Shown here piece by piece: positions 54,268 through 64,000 of a DNA stretch of 64,000 nt (position 1 is the first letter of the stretch; each line of letters opens with the position of its first letter). The stretch is taken from the NCBI RefSeq assembly GCF_018350175.1, contig NC_058383.1, positions 16,990,001 to 17,054,000 on the forward strand, read 5' to 3'. The DNA comes from Felis catus (taxonomy: Eukaryota). A model generated the notes under the pieces. That model was not told the DNA's origin and ran no database searches. It saw only the letters and a program-made list of their open reading frames with translations. The position numbers and the translations under genes are program-made.

Positions 54268-54551
54268 GTAAGTGGGACCTCAGAGCTGGAAGAGGTCTGG
54301 GCGGGGGCATCTCTGTCTGATAGGGCATTCTGGGGCTGGTGGTCAGCTCATATAGCTCTGTGGAGGAGGTGAGGCAAGGGAGTGCCTTAGTGTCTAGATT
54401 CTGGTGTGGAAAGAGGAATGGCTTGGAATCAGGGGAGGGTCATAACCTGAGCAAAGATGAGATAAGATGGACTCATAGGCTAAGTTTGGGTGGAGAATAA
54501 GCTACTTCTCCACATTCCCCAAGGCTTCTCCCCACCTTCTGTCAGGCCCCT

Positions 54552-54594
<43 letters not shown>

Positions 54595-57399
54595 TGGTAT
54601 GGTTGACAGGAGTCAGCCTCAGAGCCCCAGGGGGGAAAGCCATAGAAGTCACTAGGGAGGGGAAACTTTGGATATCTCATCCTTGGTCCTTGGTTTTGAT
54701 TTCAGGTAGGTTGTTCCACGACTGCCAAGAGAATAGTCCAGAAATTGAACCTGTAACAAGATCACATTTCTGTGTCATTTGAAATCATTTGTGTGTCAGT
54801 CAAAAATCAGATTCCACACAAAAATCCAGACTTTCAGCTTCTCTTGAGAAATGGGAAGGTCTGGAGCTCTGAATTCTAGACCCTGGTAATGCTTACCTCC
54901 TTTAAAAGGGCCACATGCTCTAAGTGCCCATAATTCCCTGGTACTCACACCACCCACTTCACTCACTGATGTCACCCTCTTGGCCTCTGAGACATTTCAG
55001 TCTGAGACTTTTGGCATCATCCTACTTGTCTGGTCATAGGTTCTTTTTTCAGACTCAGAAATAGAATCATCCTTTGAGGAGATTTGGGATGTGAAGCTCC
55101 CTTGCATGTGGCCATGGTAGGATTATGGCACCTTCAACATCTGGCCTTTTCCCAGAACCCCAAGATTCAGTTGTTTGGACCTTGCCTGTCACATCCTGGC
55201 CTAAGGCTTTATATTCTTAGAGCTTCCCTACTTTGGGGTTGGAGTTGACTCCTCAATCCAGAGACAGCTGGGAATTCTAGTAGAAATGGAGAAGAAACCT
55301 GCTGTCTAGGAGTGAGAGTTGTGGGAAAAGCCCTTGAAATGTAGGGGGCCTTCCACTGAGGTTTTTGAGCTTAGTCACCAGAGAGGAGAATGTGAAGGAT
55401 CAGGAGAGTGGGTTGGAATCCTGGCTATACCAGGGACTTCCTGTGCAGTTCTGGGTCAGCCAACAAATAGTAATTAGTCACCTGTTAAGGGCCAGGCACT
55501 GCCTCAGGCACCAACACAAGATGGTTGCAGTCCTTGTTGTCTTAGAGCCTAGCACCAAGGAAGGGGGGCATGGGAAACACATAAGAATAAATAATTAATC
55601 AAAAAATTCTAAGTCTGTTTCCCCATCTGGACCTTAGGGTGGACCATGATGTAATTATTAGTGGTGTCCCTTTCATTCTCAGAAGGTCTCAGTTTAGGAA
55701 ATGAATTGTATTATCATAAGGGACATTCTTGAGCTAACATACCATGAGGTGACAGGCTCAATTTCAGGTTGTACATGTCCTTTGAAATATCCTTGAGGGG
55801 GCATTTCTCTGGATTGTTGCCCTTTGTATTGTGGTTTGATTATTGTTGAGGAAGGGAGAGACAGGAGCCACACAGATGGCAAATCAGGAAACAAAAAGAA
55901 CACCCTTCTCCTGGGAAGATGAGCTGGACTGGGGTGGGCATCAAGATCCCAAAAGTCAGGTATCCAGAGGAGATGAGGCTTCTCTGACTGTTCCTCCCAC
56001 CCTCACTTCCCTCTCCATATTCCTCAGTCATTGCTTCTTATTATGGGTTCAACTTGGATGTGGAGGAGCCCATGGTCTTTCAAGAGGATGGAGTTAGCTT
56101 TGGACAGAGTGTGGCCCAGTTTGGCAGATCGAGGTAAGCCCTGCCCACTCTCCCCACCCTCACCCCTTCAGCCTTCAGGCAAATGGATGAACATGGGTTA
56201 GGAGGTATCTGGAGGAAGGGCAGCATGGGCAAAGTCTGACACCACTGACACCACTACTGCCAACTATTCACGGTCCCAGGAAGGGCCACAAACTCTGGAC
56301 AAGACACTCCTTCAGGAGGGAGATCTTGAATCTCCTCCAGACAGGTCTCGCTTTGTGGCATGTGACCAGTGTAAGTGACCAGTACAGTTACCCTTGCACT
56401 TGTAATAATGTTTTGCAGTCTTCTTCTTGAAATTATTAAGAATTGATCTTAGCATTTGTGTGTGGTATTTAAGATTGATGGGGAAGTGGAGATGTGCTGG
56501 AGGCTTGGAGCTTTGGCTCACATGCAGTCTAGCCTTCTGTGGAGTGGTTCTTAGCTTCCTGCTTCCTGCTTCCCCACACCTATCCAGTGACCCCTCCTGC
56601 CCTCAGCCCCTGGTATGAGTTAGGCAAGGTCAAGGTTGGCTGTGCACAGTTTGCCCAGTCTGTGGGGTTTGCACTGGCCCTGGGAAAATCCCTGTGCCTT
56701 GGGGAATTCAACACTAAATAGCAAACAGGTAAAGACAGGACAGGTAAAGAGGAGGATCATGGGGAGGAAAAAAAGGGAAAAAACCTTTTTTTCTCCCAGA
56801 ACAAAAGGCCCACATTTTTATTTCACACTGGGACTGTCAATGATGTACCTCACCCTGCTTCCAGAAACTCACATTCTCAGGTCCCAGCAGCAGGGACCCA
56901 AGTTGTTAAAGTCCCAATGTGATGCAAGTATAACGGAAATCTGGAGGCATAAGAAGGAAGAGATCAAACCCAGGAGGGAATTCTAGGAAGGCTTCACAGA
57001 GGAGGTCAAGTTGGCAATGAGCCTGAGAATACAAGAAGATTTAATTGGCCAAGAAGTAGCATATTGAGGTCACTGAGTTCTAAAAGCACATCCATCCCCC
57101 TTCCTCACCCAGCTGGCAGGCTGGGGCATGGAAGAAAATGCCAGATGTCAGAGTTATGGGTTTTTTTTTTTTTGGTTTGTTTGTTTATTTTGAAATATAC
57201 AGGGCAAAAACTGAAGTGCCCAATCTTGGAAGGTCCAACTCAATAAATTTTTCATATGTGTATACCCAGGTAGCTGCCGCCTGGATCCAGGTACAGAACA
57301 TCCTCAGGTCCACTCCCCTGGATTCCCTTAGGCCTTTTCTGATCACTCAAAATCCAACAAATTCAAAGATAGCCACTGTCCCACTTCCATCACCATCAG

Positions 57400-57438
<39 letters not shown>

Positions 57439-59884
57439 CACACACACATCTATAAACTATTGATTGACTGCTGTTCACCAGTATTTACAAAAAAGTAAAT
57501 ATATAGACTGGATGACATGCTGATTGCTACAAAGCTATTGTTTTTCCTGTTGTCTGTTGAAACACAACCCAAACGCTGAAAAGACCAAGCCTATGAATCA
57601 GGAACAGATAGGGTAAAGAAAAACATGTAGATGAAAAGTTTGCTCATCCATTTATGCCAGCAGGTCCCAAACTGCTACATCTCTAACCATCTATTTAGGT
57701 TTTCATCAGCAAGTGTTAGACCCACAAGGATCTCAGCTTTCCATAAAGGAATAGCTTTCTAGAAGGAAGATTTAAATGTTAACCTAATGTGGTTTGCCTG
57801 GCTAATTAGTTAAAAACACACAAATATTTGTCTAGTTTTCTCATCTGAGTGGAGAGATTGTTGGCAGAGATAACATTTTTTAAAAATTAAAAAATTCTCT
57901 CCTCAAAAAGGTTTTATAAATAAATTTTTGCACTTATATGACTGTAGATATTGATATGGAGTCTGATGCTTTTGCTTTAAGTTGTCCAACTCAAATTGCT
58001 TATGTTATATTTAAATTATCCAATTAATTACAGAATAATCTTTTTGTTTTGATACCTTATGGCTTAAAATTTTTCCATGTAGGGGTGCCTGGCTGACTCA
58101 GTCAGCTAAGCATCCGAGTTTGGCTAAGGAGATGATCTCACAGTTTGTGGCTTAGAGCCACACATTCAGCTTTGTGCTGACAGCACGGAACATGCTTGGG
58201 ATTCTGTCTCCCCTCCCCTCTGCCCCTCCCCAGCTCATTCATGCTCTCTCTCTTTCAAAAATAAATAACCTTTAATTTTTTTCCAGGGTACCTGTTGGAT
58301 TGAGCACTGGGTGTTGTATGGAAACCAATTTGACAATAAGTTATATTTAATATAAAAAAGTTCTTTTTTTCCATGTAACTTGAGGTGATCTATTTCTTGG
58401 GTGGCTCAGAATGATGGTACCCCAGAAACAAAATGCACTTACTCATGGCTGGAAAATGTTTTTCTTTTGAATATATTTATTTTTGGTTAATGTTAAAAAA
58501 CAGCACTCAAACCATTTGTATATATAAATACAAATTTATTTATGTATCCTCACACATACACAAACAAAAAGTCCAGCATAGTCCTTCAGCACATGTGGGT
58601 TAAACTGAAGCTCTCCTTTTTGAATAGCCTCATGAGTGGCAAATGCCAAGAGCTTCCCTCTCAAACTCTCACTTCCTTGTTACATGGGGATACTTCCTCA
58701 CCTGAAGCGCCCTGTGTCCTTACCCCTCATACAACTATATGTCATGCTTGTGCCTCCAGACTCGTGGTGGGAGCCCCCCTGGAGGTGGTGGCGGTCAACC
58801 GGACAGGACGGTTGTATGACTGTGCAGCTGCCACTGGCCTATGTCAACCTATATCATTGCACAGTGAGTGACTCCACCTGGGAATTGGGGCCCTCAATCC
58901 TCCTGTACAAGAATGTCTCTCCTTGGCCTCTAGTCCTGATTCTCCCCCAAATGAGGGTGTGCCCATGAGTATGATCATGTGTATCTGCCCTCAGCGCCAC
59001 CAGAGGCCGTGAACATGTCCCTGGGCCTGTCCCTGGCAGCCTCCACCAATCGCTCCTGGCTGCTGGTGAGTTTCTCTGGGTCATAGAAGGGTCACAAGGG
59101 CAGGATCAGGGGCCAGAGGAGGCTTGGGCTGGGGGAGAAGAATATGGAGAATTCTGGGGCCCCTTTGCTCACACAGGTCTCTGCCTCTAGGCCTGCGGCC
59201 CAACCATGCACAGAGCCTGTGGGGAGAATATGTATGCAGAAGGCTTTTGCTTCCTGTTGGGCTCCCACCTGCAGACCATTCGGACAGTGCCTGCTGCCCT
59301 GCCAAGTAGGTCCCTTTAGAGACAGCATTTCTGTTTTATACACATACTGGCACAGAGGAGTGGGCAGAGCCTGAGACTATGGTCTTGGCTTCCTGTGCTC
59401 ATGGCCTCTTCCCAGAGGCCTCAGTGAGCCCAAGAAGGTCTGGGAACATGGTCTGGCCTCGTAAGAAGGGCAGCTTACAACAGGTTCTCTAAGCTGGCCG
59501 AGGGGAAAAGGAGGCATGAGGACCTCACAGTTGCCAACAGGTGCAGAGATGCTTCTTGGGCTTTCAAAGGAAAGGCCTTGGATGGTCGAAAATGTGGTGA
59601 GGATGATAGATCCAGGGATCCAAGTATGAGGCCATTCCTGATCACTCACTGATGAGTTTCTAAAGGGAGCAAATGTTAGGGCCATGGAAAATGTGATGCA
59701 CATTTTGTTGCTGATGTCTTCCACAGAGAGTGATGCCAGGGACACTGAACATCATCTCTCTGAGAGGCATTCTGAATAAGTCTGTCTTCTGTGTCCTTGG
59801 GCAAGTGACCTAATTCCCTGGTTTTCATTTCCTCTTTGGTCAACTGGGTCTTAATAATCAAGGTGGTTATGAGGATTAAAAGAT

Positions 59885-59918
<34 letters not shown>

Positions 59919-62312
59919 CACTTAGACCTCTGCCTGGCACATAATATGTGACTACTGTTATGACTGATATTCTAGCTAGCTAGAACCATGTGCTTAGACT
60001 AGGAGGAAGATACAGGTAAACTCTTTTCTCTGTGGCATCAGAAGAGATACTGGGCTCCAAGTGAGAGCCAGGGGCACTCGAGGTGCTGACTGAGAGCAAT
60101 GCTTTGGACTAGAGAAACCATGATACCAGGCATGGTGGGATTTTAGGCAAAGGTGAAATAGCAGCAGAAACACCTCTCAATCAAACTGTGAGAGCAGAGT
60201 CTACAGAGGGGACAGAGAGAGTGGAGGAGGGGTGTCCAGGAGTCTTGGGGGTGCCATGAACTGCCTTGGATGTCTGTGCAGTCAAAATAGAGGATGTGGC
60301 ATTTCAGCCTTTATTCTAGATGTCTCCATGGCTCATGAGATGGGATGCTTGTTGAAAATGGAACTTAGGCACATAAGCCTGGTGTAAGCAAGGCAAGTTT
60401 GAGTAGAGGATGAAGGGACTGCGTGCCAGACAGTGCTGGATGTGTGATGTGCATTTTTATTGCATCCTCATAGTTTCTGGTTGGTAGACAGGATGATCCC
60501 TGTCTCACAAGCAAGAAAACTGAGTCTTAGAGAGCTGAGTTCCCACTGTTTGGAAGTAACAAAGCTCAGAGATGAAACCAACCTTTCCTGATGTTAACCT
60601 GTCTTTTCTCAGGCAGTGCTCAGCTATAGCCTGGTGCCTGCTGTTGGGAGCCCAGTGGATATAATAAAAGGAACAAAGAACATAAGTGATATTGTGAGGG
60701 AACTTGCCACTGGGCTGGCCTGAGAGAGGATATGGTGGGTGGTTTTGTGGTCCAGCTAACAAGTGCACACAAGTGAAAGATGTGGGGACAGGGAACTTCA
60801 GCTACCCAGCTGTTGGGAGATAACAGGTGAGAAGGGGAGCACCTTAGGGCTTCTTGGCCAGCCATGTGGAGGGCTGAATTTTCTGGTCAAGGAAGCAGAG
60901 AGGAAAGTGATCTTCCATTTCTTTTCAGCATGGGTGAAGCACCAGCTTGTTGAATAGGCGAGATGGGGGAGGTGTGGGGAGTGAGGAGAAAGTATTTTTG
61001 TTTCAGTGGCAGGAGGCCAGCTGCCACAGTTCAGCATCATGCCTCATTGCTGTCTGTGGTGGCCTGATCTCTTACCACACTGAGAGCAACACAGGATGTG
61101 AGGCACTGGTGTAGGCACCAACTGTGTCCTTTACACAAGCCACACACTTTATGTGAGTTTGGGGTTGGTCTGAAATGTCTTATTTGTTCATGGGTATAAG
61201 GTGTGTCTTTACCCTGTGTGGGCTCCATGAAGGCAGGGATGGTATCTTTTCTAAAACTATGGACTTAGACCAGATTTCCTGAGAAATGAACTCTGTGTCT
61301 CATTTGGGAATATTCTCAGCAGCAATACTTCTGAGAGCATGAAGGAAGCAGGACTCATTAGAGAAAGAGGGTGGACTGTGATGGATCAGAACAGAGGCTT
61401 CAGCCAACTCAGAGAAGCTTGGAACATGACTGCATGCAGGTTGCCCCCAGGAGCAGGAGGTGTAACTGTGGGCAACTCCTGATGCTTAGTTATCAGCTGG
61501 GAGCCATCAACAGCCAACTACCTGCAGCTGATAATAAGCACCTCCATCCTGATAGGGGGTGTGTCTTGGTGGCACAACTTAGCATCCATGCAGGTGTGTT
61601 TTTGGGCCTGAAACAATGCCTGGCACATGGTGATGATGGTGATAGGAGCTAACCTTTATGGGGGGCCAGGCCCAATCTTAAGCATTTTATACACATATTA
61701 CTTTTTATCCTAGTCCATGTGTTAGGCACTATTATTATCTCCATGTTACAGATGGGGAAAGCTGAAGCCCAGTGAAGTTACATAACTTGCTTGAATTGAC
61801 CACTAGTAGATGCAAGAGCTGGGATTTGGGCCCAGGCATGCTCAGAATACACACTCTGAATCACTTTCATAAATTGCTTTCCCCTGTGCTCTACAACATT
61901 CCTAGAGTGTGTATTCAATAAATATTTGTTGACTAAGCGAATGAGGAGCCCACCTTGTCTCTGTCCTTTCCTTCCTCCTCCATGTTCTAGGCCTTGTGGA
62001 AGGTGGGAAGCAATAGGGACCCTGATGAGGGGGAAGGGGCTTGGGCAACAGATTTTTCTTTTGTGGTTAGAATGCTTTTTAAAATAAAGTTTTAATTTTA
62101 ATTACAGTATAGTTAGCACACAGTGTTATATTAGTTTCAGATGTACAAAATAGTGAGTCAACAATTCCATGTATCACCTGGTGCTCATCATGACAAGTGT
62201 GCTCCTTAATCCCCATCACTTATTTCACCCATCCACCACTCACCTCCCTCCTGGTAACCAAGAGTTTGTCCTCTATAGTTAAAAGTCTGTTTCTTGTTTG
62301 CCTCTCTCTTTG

Positions 62313-62343
<31 letters not shown>

Positions 62344-63452
62344 TTGGTTGGTTGGTTTCTTAAATTTTGGGCAGTGGAGGGTGCTGGAAACTTGGTGGGA
62401 ATTGATTCCTAATCCAGGAATGACACTGTAAGTCTGTGGAGCAGAAAAGGTTTCTGGGTCCTGGGAGATGGCTGGGCCCCACACTAGCATCTCTGATTCC
62501 TTCCTCCTTCTCTACAGAGTGTCCAAGTCAAGAGATGGACATTGTCTTCCTGATTGATGGCTCTGGAAGTATTGACCAAAGGGACTTTAAGCAGATGAAG
62601 GACTTTGTCATAGCTGTGATGGGACAGTTTGAGGGCACCAACACACTGGTGAAGATTGGGTCCCTGAGACCTGGGGAGTGCTGGGCGGGTGGTAGTGGCT
62701 GCCTTTGGGAAAGGCCAACCTAGGAGGAGGCCTGGCATTGCTGGGGGTGGGCTCAGTGGACCTATGCCATGATAAGGCTAAGGTCTCAGTGCAGGGCTGA
62801 TTTGTGCCCTTACCTGAGGAAATTCCCCTGTGACATTTAATATGTCTTTATATGGCCCAGGAAATATGTTTTTTTTACTGTTAAAAAGCATTGAAAGGAT
62901 TGCAAAAATAGTTTTGCTATGAAATTAGACTGAAGATACCTTGGCCAAATACTTAATGATTTCTTTGTTGTGTTTTCCATGCAACTCATGATTTCTCTTA
63001 TTTTATTTCTCACTAATTAGTGTACATGTGTGTATGAATTCTTGAGAAGTGAGGAAATATAGCCTACAAGTTTATTTCATATGTTATGAAAGTTTTAAAA
63101 AAATCTTATTTTAACAAATATTGCAGTATTTCCAAAGTATGAAAGAAGCATTATTTGGTTTTGATTTCCTAGTTTTCTTTTTGGGCCAATTTCCTCCTGG
63201 GTTTTAGCCTCAAAAAACACATGGAAATTGTAAATCCAAAATTATTCCAAAATAAAAGTTAATTTAAAAATAACTCCTGAGACCCAGGGTCTCTTGGTCT
63301 TTGCAGTTCTCACTCATGCAGTACTCCAACCATCTGGAGATCCACTTCACCTTCACTAAATTCCAGAGAAGCTCAAGCCCTCAGAGTCTCGTGGATCCCA
63401 TCAGACAACTAAAAGGCCTGACTTTTACAGCCACAGGCATCCTGAAAGTAGT
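54237..63452 (+). CDS. ITGAD: Integrin alpha-D(-like), copy R; coding exons 1-7, continues beyond the right edge
   Basis: Seven GT-AG exons in open frame with the same sizes as copy L. Which copy is the syntenic ortholog, and whether copy R is complete, cannot be determined from this window. Confidence 0.88.
56028..56133 (+). CDS. ITGAD: ITGAD copy R exon 2
   Basis: 106 nt, identical to copy L exon 2. Confidence 0.9.
58760..58863 (+). CDS. ITGAD: ITGAD copy R exon 3
   Basis: 104 nt, [21 protein letters not shown]... Confidence 0.9.
58995..59065 (+). CDS. ITGAD: ITGAD copy R exon 4
   Basis: 71 nt, [23 protein letters not shown]. Confidence 0.9.
59191..59305 (+). CDS. ITGAD: ITGAD copy R exon 5
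   Basis: 115 nt, [15 protein letters not shown]... Confidence 0.9.
61650..61870 (-). mobile_element. MIR fragment
   Basis: attattatctccatgttacagatggggaaagctgaag...gctgggatttgggcccagg. Confidence 0.65.
62085..62365 (-). mobile_element. Carnivore L1 3' end fragment (truncated homolog at ~11410-11570)
   Basis: L1 3'UTR motifs gtgctcatcatgacaagtg... Confidence 0.75.
62518..62648 (+). CDS. ITGAD: ITGAD copy R exon 6
   Basis: 131 nt, [43 protein letters not shown]. Confidence 0.92.
63307..63452 (+). CDS. ITGAD: ITGAD copy R exon 7
   Basis: 146 nt, [49 protein letters not shown]. Confidence 0.92.
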
Positions 63453-64000
63453 GTAAGTTCTCCCTTCTGCCTCATTTGGACACACTGCCACACCACTTCC
63501 TCATGCTGGTCTGCACAGCTCTAGGAAGTTCTGGAGAAAGGGGCTCTAAAGGGGAGTGGAGGGGCTGTCCTCCCTGGAGTGTTCCCCCCGATATAGTGTG
63601 GGATTCTTCTGTAGTGTGTTTCCTCTCTGCCGGCCTTGGATTGGCTAGATTCTGACTCCACCTGGGGCAGCAGAGACATAAGCTTTGGTTCAATCAGAGT
63701 TCTCATTCTGGCTCCCTGCTGATAACCTGGGCAACACTGGAAGTTACTGAATCTAAGTCTCAGTAAACTGTCAAATGAGGAAAAACGTACATCTTGGTTG
63801 TAAGGATTACATGAGATCTGATGCATGAGGTGCTTCTGAACATGAAGTGCTGGACAAGTGGTTAGAGTTTTATCCAGAAAATGGTGCACCCCTTTTTGAC
63901 ATCCCTGGCAGAGAGTCAGGAATTGTTGCCAAGTGTGTTCTGCCTGTCTCCTCACTCACATCCCTCTACCCCCACATCCTCATTTATGTGAGTTCTCTGC

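Larger units (their letters stand above)
54312..59583. repeat. Near-identical inverted-repeat core, right arm (pairs with 12512-17778)
   Basis: As for the left arm; looser inverted homology extends 53236-~63800 vs ~9860-19137. Confidence 0.95.

Noticed and set aside
12512..59583. Whole duplication as a false haplotig duplication
   Set aside because: Exon 7, the flanks and copy-specific insertions are far too diverged to be alleles; only the core tract could be affected by assembly error.

Overview
Mammalian genomic DNA, felid by its repeats (SINEC_Fc-like and L1_Fc-like). The window holds two head-to-head copies of an integrin alpha-D (ITGAD/CD11d) gene. Copy L (minus strand, ATG 17851) has exons 1-23 in the window, all GT-AG and in one open frame; its remaining exons lie beyond the left edge. 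Copy R (plus strand, ATG 54237) has exons 1-7 and runs off the right edge. The copies form a large inverted repeat with patchy identity. About 5.3 kb (intron 1 to just past exon 5; 12512-17778 vs 54312-59583) is almost identical. Exon 6 differs at 2 of 131 nt, while I-domain exon 7 differs at 19 of 146 nt with four amino-acid changes. This suggests an old duplication under recurrent gene conversion that spares the ligand-binding face. The geometry also means one crossover in the identical tract would flip the spacer and swap promoters between the paralogs (inference). The ~34 kb spacer is nearly all transposon relics: nested L1s including a back-to-back pair, SINEs, a decayed ERV1 and a gag-like fossil. 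It also contains a ~1.5 kb block duplicated in direct orientation, which marks a secondary inversion. Repeat family names come from recognition, not a database search. Identity figures other than the exon counts are by eye.
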